Notes under the pieces: model-generated
What the model was told of the DNA's origin: nothing
What the model saw: only the letters and a program-made list of their open reading frames with translations
Databases searched by the model: none
Part shown: piece after piece, positions 1 to 14,810 of the stretch
Numbering within the stretch: the first letter of the stretch is position 1
Layout: the number at the start of each line of letters is the position of its first letter
Origin: Haliotis rubra
Lineage: Eukaryota
Assembly (NCBI RefSeq): GCF_003918875.1
Contig: NW_025766503.1
Location: 806,001-870,000 of the forward strand
Length of the DNA: 64,000 nucleotides
Reading direction: 5' to 3'
Made by a program: the position numbers and the translations under genes

Positions 1-1141
1 TTGGAGAGAGAATGAAGGGTAATTAAGCTTTGGATGTGCTAAGACAATCACACTTTAGTTTAAAGCCAACAGAGCAAATTTTTCACATACAGACCACTTT
101 AAAACAGTACAGACTGTTTCACTGCCAGAACACCTGCCAAGGACCGCTCCAGGCAGTTCCAAAATACTCTTCAATAAATCTACATTTCGACTTGATCGCT
201 TTTAAAACATCACGTTGTGAAGTCAATACATCTGCACTAGGATCATGCATGTAAAATAACTGACAGTTTTGTAACAAGCTTTTCATGCTTGATACTTTAT
301 AAAACTTGAACTGAATATCAAACTGACCATTCATGATACAGCTGAAGAAGCAATTTGTTGGGACAGTCCTTCAACTCAGGTGCACTTACCAAACTGTTCA
401 GAAGATATCATGGAGTATTCTTAGAATTAGGCCCAGGGCAGCTATAAAGCCCCACCTTTGTCATGAAACTTCATATACAATAACATACTGAAACCATTCT
501 TGAAATGAGTGCCTCTAGGAACTAAATAGCCTCATAAGAATCATAACGCTAATCAAAAGAAGACTGGGAAACTAGATGAAATACATATATTCCACTTTTC
601 AACATCACAGAATTAGAAATAACTCTTACCACTCTTACAACAAGTAAGTTTAAAAGAAATTTTCCTCATAGTCTTTACATCTAATCTGACCATTTAAGGG
701 TGTGTTTTTTCGCCTGACCAGCCCTTGAATTGTTTGACAGGAATTGCTTAGAAGTATACAGATGACGAAGTAGACAAAGATAGTTCTGGCTACTAACTTC
801 TATAGTACACTGTAACAGTGATGTATAGGCCTGTCTACCGTTGTTCAGGGTATCCTTGTTAGACAGTGGTATAAGCATTTGCTACTACAGTATGATAGAT
901 ATCTTCTTTGAGAGGCATTTTAAAAGTTGTAAAGATGAAGGAAAACCAGGATCTATGGAACTTCTTTATTGCAATGAGTGCAATGTTTCGGCTATCCATA
1001 GAACTTGGCTTTCCTTATGAGAAATATGTTATACACATATTCTTTGGCTACGTGATCAAGCATTGTCTTTGAGGAAATCAAACCAGAATAGTGAAACATG
1101 CAGCCCCATACTCTCTACATGAGCCCTCCAGTACTGGAATC

Positions 1142-2529
1142 CAGGAACTTTGCCCACAGGAACTTTGCCCACAACAATTTTTACAGGGGAGGAACTTTGC
1201 CCACAATATAAATTTTAATACTCACCCATCTTAATACCCTGCTCAGGATGTGTTGTTTATAAAAGAGATTAAACATAAGTTGCAGTTCACCAAGGCTTCT
1301 CTGCTTGTTGGTATTTCTTTTTCTAATTACAATAAACACCTACCTTACTACTTACCCACCTTAATACCCTGCTCACAAATATGTTGTTTTTGAACTTCAC
1401 CAAAGCTTGACAAAGCATATAAGGTTGTTTACAGATTTACAGAGCTTTACAAGATGGAAATTATAAGAAATAACAGAGGTGGTCAAAAACTTTGCTATGA
1501 TGGATATATGTAAAAAGGTTTCAAGAATGTCCTATATTCATTGGGAATGTTCCCAAAGAGTGAGTTAGTGAGTTAAAATTTATTGTCACATCAGCAATAT
1601 TTCAGCCATATCGTGACGAGAACAATTAATTGTTATACATAGTATTTAATAGTAAATTATAAAAACCTGTCAACGAAGGACAGTAAAATAACTAGAATAT
1701 CACAGATATGAATTTAAAACTAGTAATACAATCTGAAACAGTTTAACTATAGATGACAGTACAATATAACAACAGGCTATAGATTACCAACAACTGAAGG
1801 TAGATCACCATACTAGGGACCATGGGGACTTACAGTACATCCTGCATGGGACCTAGCTGGATTTACATCATCCCTTCAGCTGTTATCAATTGAGACAAAT
1901 CTAGCCATATATTAAAATTACACATATTCTACGATTAAAAAAGTGGAGTTTTAATTTACTGGGAATGTTTTGGGACTCAATGAAGAAAAGGGTTTAGTTG
2001 TAAGGGTTCAGTAACCACAACGTTTCGATTGAAAATATGATCAGTAAAAGTGAACATAGCCACAGTGGTGATGAAAACAAAGTACAAGCAGCAAAACTCA
2101 AAACTACCATGAAGGTTCATGCTACAGCTCTACTCAGGATGACCCAAGGCCTGCCACCACGAAAGAGGATGAGGATGGCGACTGTGACACTTTAAAAAAG
2201 ACTGAAACAACTGTGTACTGACTACATCAACAACGAAAAAACAATGGAAAAATTTCTGAAGTCTGTTGGTGCCAATATTAGACTGAACTAAAACAATGAA
2301 GTACTGAAACAACTATCAGCAACGAAAAAACAATGGTTAAATGTATTAGAATGAACGATGAAGTGCTATTCATTTTTAACTATTAATGTGCTATATTATA
2401 TGCTATTTCTGTGTAGTTTAATAAAATATTGTGGGCAAAGTTCCTCCCCTGTAAAAATAGTTGTGGGCAAAGGTCCTGTGGGGAAAGTTCCTTGCAGGCA
2501 AAGTTCCTGTCGGCAAAGTTCTGTACACC
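1142..2529 (+). mobile_element. Internally deleted Mutator-like (FLYWCH-MULE) DNA transposon relic with sub-repeated TIRs
   Basis: TIRs built from GGAACTTTGCCCACA sub-repeats: 1142-1208 is the reverse complement of about 2427-2493, and the left TIR lacks its outermost ~35 nt. Transposase remnants: MEIIRNNRGGQKLCYDGYM*..WECSQR (1454-1560), then CKGSVTT..SKSEHSH (FLYWCH-like, ~1990-2065), fused directly to the C-terminus GLPPRKRMR..RLKQLCTDYINNEKTMEKFLKSVGANIRLN* (ends 2291). The DDE core is absent. Confidence 0.75.
1558..1978 (-). mobile_element. 5'-truncated non-LTR retroelement 3' end inserted in the MULE relic
   Basis: Splits the FLYWCH motif. The minus strand ends ...gatatggctgaaatattgctgatgtgacaataaattttaactcactaactcactc, the same gaatattgct...(ACTC)n tail as the SINEs in this window but with a different upstream body. 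Confidence 0.6.
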
Positions 2530-3099
2530 CCAATACTGATGCCCATCTTTACATGCATCCACGCAATTTGCAGCATCCACAATTAGCATGATCAAACTTA
2601 TTCCTGAGATCCACTGAAGCATGTTAACAGTTAACAGGCTCAGTCAGTGAGTCTAGCTGTATTGTCAGAAAAACATTTCAACTTTATAAATATTGGATTA
2701 ACAAGATATGACTGATGTTATAAACATGACATAACACTGTCTAAAACAGGTACTTCAATGAAATCAGACACCACAGACTCCAAAATACTGACTTTATATA
2801 CTCCGTTTGTGCAACTGTATATTATGTTTAGCACTATCTTGTAAAACGTATACATGTACTAACCAGCTGTTTTAACTTTTTACCTGGAGAGGTATTTAAA
2901 TAAGCAAGCTTTGCTTTGTTACCAATCCAGATTTCTTCGAAATAAAAATATGTTTGAACCAAATGTCACATTTCCATACTTAGAATCAGATTGGAATTTG
3001 GTCATCAGTTTCACAAACATCATTGTTGGGTGTAAAGGACAGGGTTTCAACTTCAGAAACACATGTTTCAAGACATGTCAGAAATGGAGAACATTTTAA

Positions 3100-3500
3100 A
3101 TGAGGAAGAACAGGTCAGTGTACAAGTGTTCCAATGTCGGATAGATGAGGAAGAACAGGTCAGTGTACAAGTGTTCCAATGTCGGATAGATAAGGTAGGG
3201 CAGGTCAGTGTACAAGTGTTCCAATGTCGGATAGATAAGGTAGGGCAGGTCAGTGTACAAGTGTTCCAATGTCGGATAGATAAGGTAGAACAGGTCAGTG
3301 TACAAGTGTTCCAATGTCGGATAGATCAGGTCAGTGTACAAGTGTTCCAATGTCGGATAGATAAGGTAGAACAGGTCAGTGTACAAGTGTTCCAATGTCG
3401 GATAGATAAGGTAGAGCAGGTCAGTGTACAAGTGTTCCAATGTCGGATAGATAAGGTAGAACAGGTCAGTGTACAAGTGTTCCAATGTCGGATAAATGAG
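3100..3500. repeat. 45-bp minisatellite, ~9 copies
   Basis: Unit caggtcagtgtacaagtgttccaatgtcggatagataaggtagaa; it produces the repetitive ORFs 3063..3539 and 3096..3542. Confidence 0.95.
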
Positions 3501-4595
3501 GTGAAAACACATGAACCCTTTCGACCCATATCTGCATAGCAATCAATGGACATGTTTGATGTGCTGCCAGTCTTTGATCACAACATAATGGAAAACCCTG
3601 AGTGGGTTGACTGTTATAGATTACAGATATACAACTGCAGGGTTTACACAATGAACACAGAAACCCACTTGCAGATATCTGTAATGCTGTCAGTCCACAG
3701 CTATAAAACTAATAGTAAACTGACTATAAAGGTGAATCATAATCAGCAATGGCAATTTGATCCCAACGTTGTATGGGTGCTTTACATAGCAGTTTGGCCT
3801 GATCACTGACAAGTTAGCCCTAAATCCCCAGCACCAGGGACAATAATCACCAACCTCATTACATCCACCATCCCCTATTGAGACAGGCTCAAACTAGATG
3901 TAATCTAAACACTACTAAACCACTAAATTACTTCTGCAGAAATGGCTGACAAACTGTGAGCAAGATTTGATGAGTAGACATTCATGGACCAATAGACCAA
4001 GAATACTTCATCATGAGGAATTCCACTTGCCTACCCTAAGATTAATGTCACCAACAGGTCCAAAGAGAATTACAAATGTTATGAATTGACCCCCCTCATA
4101 ACACATTTGAAAGAGGTACTTGGAGTTTTCAATATATTTTTGAATATTCATTTCTTATCTACATGTACAAGTAAAAATACCAACTGTCTGAATTGCAGCA
4201 TAACCTTTAGTTCATTTAACATACCGTCTGTCAGTTCTTCTAATGTCTTTTAATCCTGTATATCAAGCAGATGTTAAAGTCTGGCAAATAACTAACTTGT
4301 GTTTCTGTGAACCTTTCTTCATTTGGGGATAAATACAGCAATAGGTCAGAGTGGCAAAATGGATTTTATTTGGCTGTCTCATTTCCTGTCCAATCTAATG
4401 TTCACATCTTTCCAAAGATGCAGCTTTAACTCTCACCAGTCCACCATCTTATCTACACTGCCATGAAGTTTTCCCTTGGCCCTTTCAGCACATGTTTCAT
4501 TCAGGCTGCTGTCTTTTTATCAGATTGTTATAGTGACTAATTGAGGACAGCCATCGTCCAAATATTTAAAAACTAAAAACTATGTACTCAAGACA

Positions 4596-5121
4596 TGTGA
4601 GACTTTATTGTAATTATTTATATGACGCTAATCTGTATTCTATTTAATCCTTATCACTTCCGCATTGTACATTGACTTGTCAGGCAATTAATTACTGTAT
4701 CTGACATTTATAACCTAATTGGTCATCCCCCTTGGCCGTGTCTGCAATCGCATCAACTGGTCAAGGAAGTGCTATTGTCCTTTGTTGAGTCATTGCCTGT
4801 CCATTGTTGTCAGAAACTGTATATATAACTTAGTATGCTCACATCTATACTGTGAAGGAAAACAGAGAATGACTTGGTATTCCGACTGTCTGTGTTGGGA
4901 TGACCACAAACAGGAGAATACCGCTCATAGGAAATGCCCTGGGGTTGAGCAGGAACTCCTCTCACCTCATTTATGTCTTGTGTATTTGTTTGTCATGTAA
5001 CTAAAGAAGTTTGAACTCAACGTATTCCTTCGTCTTGTCAACGTGTTGTATGTACACTTCATCTTAATTCCGCGCTAATTCCCCAGTTGACGCATAACCA
5101 CGCGTTGACAAGATTATCACA
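4596..5121 (+). mobile_element. Possible solo LTR
   Basis: TGTGA...TCACA termini, an internal TATATATAA, a poly(A)-signal-like ACTAAA, more CpG than the flanks, and a 3' hairpin. No clean TSD was found. Confidence 0.35.
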
Positions 5122-7344
5122 AAGGAAAACACATTATAAGGTTCCCATTTTTACTACCCTGTTTACAAACTGTATCAGTGTCAATCCACAACGCTTGTGC
5201 TTGATCTCTACTGACAGTCTCACCAGGTTACCATTTTCAAGATATTTATGAAAAGCTCACAGGAACATTGGTTTGTTGAATGTCATAATGTTTCTGTTAA
5301 GTGGGAGATCTATGTATCTTCTTACCAGAAATGTCCTCAAAATAGTTTTGTGCTTTCTGCAAAGATGATGCTATTTAAAACTTGTACTTTTGATTGAAAA
5401 ATACTTTCAATTCTGAATTTCTTGTTTCCAATTCAAGATGACAAATGACACTTTGGTCTCATATATCCTGATACAGTCTCATATCTCTTAGCTACATGGT
5501 TTCACGGATTGTGAAGATTTATATTTTTAATGGCTCTTTCTATTACTTGACGTCATACAACACTTTCAGCTGTCTGAACTTGACAATTCTGTGATTTGTC
5601 TAAAACTTAAAATGGTAACTTTAATCCTTAAATCTGTATAGGTAAAGCTGTATTAGTTTCAGCTATATCCATGTAACTGTGTTAGAGATAAAAACTAAAA
5701 GATAACAGAACAATGAGTGATAACAGATGTCTCATGCTAAAACTCAACTGGCCCTCTTCCCTCATCAGCAAATGACACTACACACACGACCAGCATATTG
5801 CTTAATGGTGGAACATTACACAGTATTTTGTTAAGCTTTTATGATTTTCGTCTGCTTTAGTACACCAACATATATAAACTTACTTTTGATAAACGTATCT
5901 TGCATTGTGCAAGATAACAGTGATTACTGAAAGTGTTATACTCAACTGACAATTAGTGTCTTGGTGCGCTCCCTTGTGCATACTACATAAAGTGAAGTTC
6001 ATGTACCACATCAGTTGTGGATTTATTACACAATATTAGATCGAATAATTACCATCAGACACAAGAAAATAAGCACCACTGATTACTGTACCTGACACCT
6101 TCAGAGGCAGGGGTGAACGTTAATCAAGTGAATGATGACATACAAAGGTGTAAGGCTTATACTATAAAACAAGGATGAGAAAAAGGAAGTAGTAATTGTT
6201 GTAGTGAAGTTTGCCTAAAATTATATGTGTCTTCACAGTTTTAAGTTACAAGTATATGAAATGAACTTCCTTTTTGCAAAAATATATGGACACGTCTTTG
6301 CTGTATACTAAACTACATAACATATGTACAAGGCAAAAGGTTTAAATAAATTTCATCCAATCAAATGCAAAGATTCACTGGGATTCCCCCACAATGCCAA
6401 CGAGGTCTTCGAACTGGTCCGGAGCCTAAGTTGTTGGGTCAGTAACACTCACTGGCATCTGGTGAATACACAGGATCATTAAAATGGCACTGACTAGATC
6501 GTGAAAGTTGGGTAGTTGTTTCCCATTAACTGAGTGGATAAGCAAGATACTGACTTCTTATTCCTTCTCCCCCCTTGCATAATGGCATTACCAGTAGCAT
6601 GTCTTGCTGTTGAATCAGTAAGTAGAAAGGAAATCATTCTTGAATTCAATACTTTTTCCTTCGGGATCCAAGAAAGAGGTCCTTGTCCTTGTTGAAAAAC
6701 ATCATTAGGATTGAACAATGTGACTGTTCTACTGGCAACAGTCACATGCTTCCATGCAGAAATACATCATGTTCCAAGGAAATAATACCTACAGGAAGGT
6801 TTAAAACATTCATGACCTCCTTAGTTGGATACAAACTCTTTCTTCATAAAATCATGTACATGACAAAACATATTGCACAGTGAAAAGATAATTCTATCTC
6901 CAAACAGAATCCTTCAAAAGCCCAGCTCAAGTGCCACTCTTCTAAAGAACAAAGTGTAAGAAGAAGGGATGTTAAGATCACCAGCTAAAGTGCAATCATT
7001 CTCTTGAGCTGACTGTAATGGAAATGCCTACACAGTAATCTCGGTCAAGATCAAGAAGACCTCACAGATGTTAAGTTTACTATAGCAGTGTGCTGATCAC
7101 ATTGTGCCATGAAAAATATGGACAATATTTCTGTCAATTCCCATGAATACATGTGATGTGTCATCTTAGTCATAGGTCTCATAACACAAAGGAACTCCAG
7201 GCTAGTTAATAGTAACATATCCTACAAATATCCTGTGTTTTGAATCACCTGACAGCTAGACATGTTAATTGGGCAATGTAATGGCAGATTTATACTCCTC
7301 CCTACTTCTCTATCACACACCTTTGTCCCAAGTACAACATAAGA

Positions 7345-7441
7345 GTGAGTGAATCAGTATGGTTTTATACAGCTTTTAGCAATATTCCAGCAATATCATG
7401 ATGGGGGGACACCAGAAATGGGCTTCACACATTGTACCCAT
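7345..7441 (-). mobile_element. 5'-truncated (headless) tRNA-derived SINE
   Basis: Body matches the SINE at 17113 (gtgtgaagcccatttctggtgtcccc...gaatattgctaaaag...actcactc). Perfect 13-bp TSD gtacaacataaga at 7332-7344 and 7442-7454. Confidence 0.9.
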
Positions 7442-9667
7442 GTACAACATAAGAACAAGATGCAGAAGAGGCTTTGTATGAAGAGGTCACTCATGATACA
7501 TCAGAGTAACAGATTGGCAGAATGACTCAATCCTTAAGTAAACTTACAGAAATAATGTGTGATGGATAACTAGCAAGGCGATAAGATCACAGAGGTTGTA
7601 GTCAACACAGTTAATGACAACCCAGGTCAAACAGCAAATACATCAGTTTGTAATTAAACTGTTAATGCAGTCACACTGAAAGTTTAAACAGTGCCAGCGT
7701 TTCCAGTGAGAAGCAAAACCAAGAGCAGTCAGCTTCAGTGGCTATTGATCTCAACTCAAAGGCTGCTAACAGCTTTACTGTGTTAAATCAATTTGTGGAT
7801 GTCAGAAAAGTTCAATCGGATAAAATTATATAGAAAAGAAATGTGAGGAATGCCAATAAAAGGATCCCACTTCTTGAGTCAATCTGAGCTGAACATGTCA
7901 TATTTCACAGATTTAACTGCAAGACTCAGATCAGCCTCAGATGGCAACAGCTTTGTATATTTAGGGCAACAATGCTGCAATCACTATACTTAAAAACATG
8001 TTTATATATATATATAAATATATATATGACTGATAAGTATCAGTAGTTTTATAATCTTTTTATGACAAAATTTTAATAGTTTTGCAGCACTAAGTCAACA
8101 TTCTATAATATCTACAAAAACAGCAAGGTTTCAAAGTTTCTGTCAGCATGAATACTGAATTATTTTCTGCACAAATACTAAATTCCAGTGATCTGAACAC
8201 AATGACATAAACAGTACACATGGAATGTTAGCCAGAGGAAAATATTTTCTTAGACAGAGCTTGGAAAGCATTACCTGAACAAGGTCGAACTTTACATATG
8301 TGAAACATCGATTCATTTAGAACAAAAAATGACCGACTAATTAAACACAATAAATTATTTTTCCAATAACATTTAAGAGGTGGACTTTTCAATAAAGAAT
8401 GACTTAAATGACATGAAAAATCTCTAGTTAAATTAATGGTGGTAATGTAAACTTTCACCTTCATTGATCTTTGAGTTTCAGAGGAGATGATGCAAGGGAA
8501 CCTGTTTTAACCCCAGTCAAGGATTTTTGGGTTTGGTGAGGATTTAGGCTGTCATGATTTATCATCTGTGTTATACATATTTCTTTTTTCAAATCTCATT
8601 TATGTCAGGCATGCCCTCAAATTTTAAAATCTGCAAAGTTGTTAAGTTTAATTTACTTGCCCTTTGTGTCAGTGGTATCCTCCCATTAGCTACACATGCC
8701 ATTAGTTACACACCCTTATACAAACAACTTTACAGATGATTGCACATCTAATCTCCTTCCTATTACCCTTTATAGTTTAGAATGGAATGACCCACACTTG
8801 TGTATGACAAATAAGACAAAGCACTATAAGCACTGGACTAAGATTTATCAACATATTTACAACAATATGGACAAACCATATTGAATCTGAGAAAAAGACA
8901 ACATAAGAAAAAAGTAAAAGTTGGGTCTAATAAATTCATATAAAATGCTGAACAGCCTTGTTGATTGTTTATTGTTGACATGTTATAAGGCAGAATGGGC
9001 CTAAAACTGGGTCCAACACAAGAGATGGTGTTGTATAAAAAAGATGACACTGATTGCTGTGCTATACATTGCTGTATATAAATTAGTTTCACTCCCAATT
9101 CTAAAAACATTGTTGAACCAAATAGATTTTGACATTATTTCTTCATCACTTCTGTTTTCACCGTTATCACAGCAGTACAAGTATACTGACCATGAGGAGA
9201 GTACCTCCTTCCAAAACCTATTATGAATGTGAGGAGTAATCTTCTCTATAATATAAATGGGATCTGCTAAATAAGGACATTCAAATCTATTTTATCAGTT
9301 TTACCCTTCCAAGGGTGTATGGGCTCTTTTCGTCCACACTGCCATTTCTTTTTCAATTTTCTCAAACTTTTTGTTATAATTCAATTTTGTCATATTATGA
9401 AAAACCAACATCAAATTCTATATCAAGTAGTTTAAACTGAGTCTGTGACCAGTCCATTTTCCACTCTTTACAGAGATTATATCTTGTTCTCTTTTTTGAC
9501 CCAATCCAAATCAGTTTTGTTTTTTCAGCATTAATTTTTAATCCAGAAAATATTGGAAAAGAAGATCAAATGTTCATTGTTGCGTAGAACCTTTTTTTAT
9601 CTGACCCTTCTTGAGTTAGTGAATTTTTCCCATTTGTATACCATGTATATTTACATTACTTCTGATC

Positions 9668-10012
9668 ATATTTGCTATTATTACCTACGAGGGCGAACAT
9701 ATCGGGGTTCATATTTTTCATACGATGCCCTAGGGCAAAATATCACTTTGTCATGGTGACGTGACGTCATGAACAAGGCTATGACGTCATGTTTCTTCTG
9801 TGAAATTGCGTTCTACATGCGGCGACGGCGGGAAGCCAGCCTGTTTTTTAAAGGTAAATTTGGGTTTATTTTCTTCAATTTGACGACTTCGGTAATAAAC
9901 AGAATATTATAATATATTATATTACACTCGAGCCTAAATATCGGGAAATACCAACATTTAGGCACTCGTGTCGTAAACATAGTATGACATGGGCACTCAT
10001 ATATTATCCTCA
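9668..10012 (-). mobile_element. Non-autonomous foldback element fragment (Crypton-like)
   Basis: CpG-rich island in CpG-poor DNA. The minus strand reads gaggataatat, then an imperfect hairpin (acacgagtgcctaaat / atttaggctcgagtgt), then tattctgtttattacc, the same architecture as 27912-28590. Family assignment is from memory. Confidence 0.4.
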
Positions 10013-10659
10013 ATGTATCTCTAATATAAACATATATGGTGATATTGGAGCGTGGAAAAATTGTAAAGAGTAAAGAGTTTTGTGTTGTATGTAATTTGTA
10101 TCTAAAGCCAATGAAAGAGATAGTCTCGCATTGAGTGGAATAACATGTGATTTGTATGAAGGGAGTTGGCTTGGGTGGTATTCCTTCAGCTCATCAGTAT
10201 GGAAGAGTCTGTTAAGGCCGTGGGTATTGTTCTTATCTGAGTGTGTAACAATTAGCAACTTCAAACTGTGTAACTAATGGCACGTGTAACTAATGGGAGA
10301 CAACCGTGTCAGGTGAGGTAAATATAGAACTTTCCTATTGGTGCTGAAACAGCTGTTTCTGTCAGCCCTCAATCAAACAAGACCTAACAGGAGATGTGGA
10401 TGTAGACATAAGTTTGTGATGCTGGAGTCCTAATGATTATGTTAGAACTGGATCGAGGTACTACAACAGGTGACTAGTGTTTGTCTAATGCGACTTCGCG
10501 GAAGTTTGTCCGACTTGTGAAGTGCTTCTTCGTATCATTCTACAAATAGCTGTTCTTCAAATGCCACTGTGATTGTGACCAGTGTCATGGCATCATGTAG
10601 GCCTTGTTCTGCTCACACTGGAAACATCTTTCTACTGCACCTCCCTGGGAGAGGGGGCT

Positions 10660-13600
10660 GCACATGCTACCCCACTTGGACATGGATACAGCTACCCCAC
10701 CTGGACATGGACACAGCTACCCCACATGGACATAGCATGGACACAGCTACACCACATGGACATGGACACAGATATCCTACATGGACACAGCTACACCACA
10801 TGGACACAGCTACACCACATGGACACAGCTACCCCACCTGGACACGGACACAGCTACCCCACAGGGACATGGACACAGCTACCCCACAGGGACATGGACA
10901 CAGCTACCCCACATGGACATGGACACAGCTACCCCACATGGACATGGACACAGCTACCCCGCATGGACATGGAAACAGCTACCCCACAGGGACATGGACA
11001 CAGCTACCCCGCATGGACATGGAAACAGCTACCCCAAGGGACATGGACACAGCTACCCCACATGGACATGGAAACAGCTCCCCCACAGGGACATGGACAA
11101 CAGCACCCCACAGGACATGGACACAGCTACCCCACATGGACATGGACACAGCTACCCACAGGGACATGGACACAGCTACCCCGCATGGACATGGAAACAG
11201 CTACCCCACAGGGACATGGACACAGCTACCCACATGGACATGGAAACAGCTCCCCCACAGGGACATGGACACAGCTACCCCACATGGACATGGACACAGC
11301 TACCCCACATGGACATGGACACAGCTACCCCACATGGACATGGACACAGCTCCCCCACATGGACATGGACACAGCTACCCCACATGGACATGGACACAGC
11401 TACCCCACATGGACATGGACACAGCTCCCCACATGGACATGGACACAGCTACCCCACATGGACATGGACACAGCTACCCACATGGACATGGACACAGCTA
11501 CCCACATGGACACATGGACATGGACACAGCTACCCCACATGGACATGGACACAGCTACCCACATGGACATGGACACAGCTACCCCACCTGGACATGGACA
11601 CAGCTACCCAACATGGACATGGACACAGCTACCCCACATGGACATGGACACAGCTACCCACATGGACATGGACACAGCTACCCCACATGGACATGGACAC
11701 AGCTCCCCCACATGGACATGGACACAGCTACCCCACATGGACATGGACACAGCTACCCCACATGGACATGGACACAGCTACACCACATGGACATGGACAC
11801 AGCTACCCACATGGACATGGACACAGCTACCCCACATGGACATGGACACAGCTACCCCACCTGGACATGGACACAGCTACCCCACATGGACATGGACACA
11901 GCTACCCCATATGGACATGGACACAGCTACCCACATGGACATGGACACAGCTACCCCACATGGACATGGACACAGCTACCCCACATGGACATGGACACAG
12001 CTACCCCACATGGACATGGACACAGCTACCCCACATGGACATGGACACAGCTACCCCACATGGACATAGCATGGACACAGCTACCCCACCTGGACATGGA
12101 CACAGCTACACCACCTGGACATGGACACAGCTACCCCACCTGGACATGGACACAGCTACCCACATGGACATGGACACAGCTTCACCCCATGGACATGGAC
12201 ACCTGGACACAGCTACCCCACATGGACATGGACACAGCTACCCCACCTGGACATGGACACAGCTACCCCACCTGGACACGGACACAGCTACCCCACATGG
12301 ACATGGACACAGCTACCCCACATGGACATGGACACAGCTACCCACATGGACATGGACACAGCTACCCCACATGGACATGGACACAGCTACCCAACATGGA
12401 CATGGACACAGCTACACCACATGGACATGGACACAGCTACCCCACATGGACACGGACACAGCTACCCAACCTGGACATGGACACAGCTACCCCACCTGGA
12501 CACGGACACAGCTACCCCACATGGACATGGACACAGCTACCCCATGCATGGACATGGACATGGACACAGCTACCCCACCTGGACATGGACACAGCTACCC
12601 TACCATGGACACAGCTACCCCACATGGACATGGACACAGCTACCCCACATGGACATGGACACAGCTACACCCACCTGGACATGGACACAGCTACCCCTAC
12701 CCCACATGGACATGGACACAGCTACCCCACCTGGACATGGACACAGCTACCCAACATGGACATGGACACAGCTACCCACTCTGGACATGGACACAGCTAC
12801 CCAGAACTGGACATGGACATGGACACAGCTACCCCACATGGACATGGACACAGCTACCCCACATGGACATGGACACAGCTACCCACCTGGACATGGACAC
12901 AGCTACCCCACATGGACATGGACACAGCTACCCCACCTGGACATGGACACAGCTACCCCACCTGGACATGGACACAGCTACCCCACATGGACATGGACAC
13001 AGCTACCCCACATGGACATGGACACAGCTACCCAACATGGACATGGACACAGCTACCCCACATGGACATGGACACAGCTACCCCCACATGGACATGGACA
13101 TGGACACAGCTACCCCACCTGGACATGGACACAGCTACCCCACCTGGACATGGACACAGCTACCCAACATGGACATGGACACAGCTACCCCACATGGACA
13201 TAGCATGGACACAGCTTCCCGAACTGGACACGGACACAGCTACCCCACATGGACATGGACACAGCTACCCAACATGGACATGGACACAGCTACCCCACAT
13301 GGACATAGCATGGACACAGCTACCCACCTGGACATGGACACAGCTACCCCACCTGGACATGGACACAACTACCCCACCTGGACATGGACACAGCTACCCC
13401 ACATGGACATAGCATGGACACAGCTACCCACCTGGACATGGACACAGCTACCCCACATGGACATGGACACAACTACCCCACCTGGACATGGACACAGCTA
13501 CCCCACATGGACATAGCATGGACACAGCTACCCACCTGGATATGGACACAGCTCCCCCACAAGGACATGGACACAGCTACCCTACATGGACATAGCTACC

Positions 13601-14810
13601 CAACAGGGATATGGACACAGACACAGCTCCCCCACATGGACATGGACACAGCTACCCCACCTGAACATGGACACAGCAACCCACATGGACACAACTACCC
13701 CACCTGGACACGGACACAGCTACCCCACCTGGACACGGACACAGCTACCCCACATGGACATAGCATGGACACAGTTACCCCACATAGACAGGGACACAGC
13801 TACCCCACATGGACATAGCATGGACACAGTTACCCCACAGGGACATGGACACAGCAACCCACATGGACACAGCTACCCACCTGGACATGGACACAGTTAC
13901 CCCACATGGACATAGCATGGACACAGCTACCCACCTGGACATGGACACAGCTACCCCACATGGTCATGGACACAACTACCCCACCTGGACATGGACACAG
14001 CTACCCCACATGGACATAGCATGGACACAGCTACCCACCTGGACATGGACACAGCTCCCCCACATGGACATGGACACAGCTACCCTACATGGACATAGCA
14101 TGGACACAGCTACCCACCTGGACATGGACACAGCAACCCACATGGACACAGCTACCCAACAGGGATATGGACACAGCTACTACCCCACCTGGAATGACAC
14201 ATTTACACAGGACATGGACACAACTACCCCACCTGGACACAGGACACAGCAACCCACATGGACATAGCATGGACACAGCTACCCCACCTGGACACGGACA
14301 CAGCAACCCACATGGACACAGCTACCCACCTGGACACGGACACAGCTACCCCACATGGACATAGCATGGACACAACTACCCCACATGGACATGGACACAG
14401 CTACCCCACATGGACATAGCATGGACACAACTACCCCACATGGACATGGACACAACTACCCCACCTGGACACGGACACAGCTACCCCACATGGACATAGC
14501 ATGGACATAGCATGGACACAACTACCCCACATGGACATGGACATGGACACAGCTACCCCACAGGGATATGGACATGGTCACAGCTACCCCACAGGGATAT
14601 GGACATGGACACATCTACCACACAGGGATATGGACATGGACACAGCTACCCCACAGGGATATGGACATGGACACATCTACCACACAGGGATATGGACATG
14701 GACACAGCTACCCCACATGGATATAGACACAGGTACCCCACATGGACATGGACGCAGCTAACCCACTGGGATATTGACCCAGCTACCCGGCCTGGACATG
14801 GACACAGCTA
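10660..14810. repeat. ~4.1-kb minisatellite, ~25-bp unit with 19/24/31-bp variants
   Basis: Unit ggacatggacacagctaccccacat. It is stop-free in all three plus frames, which explains the 947/911/495-aa ORFs. Confidence 0.97.

Noticed and set aside
975-1030. Penelope-type hammerhead ribozyme on the minus strand (ataaggaaagcc...gccgaaacattg...aataaa)
   Set aside because: The CTGANGA core is not intact and the stems are unconvincing. At most it is a decayed Penelope end.
6718-6747. 11-bp hairpin atgtgactgtt / aacagtcacat
   Set aside because: It is isolated and short, with no supporting context.
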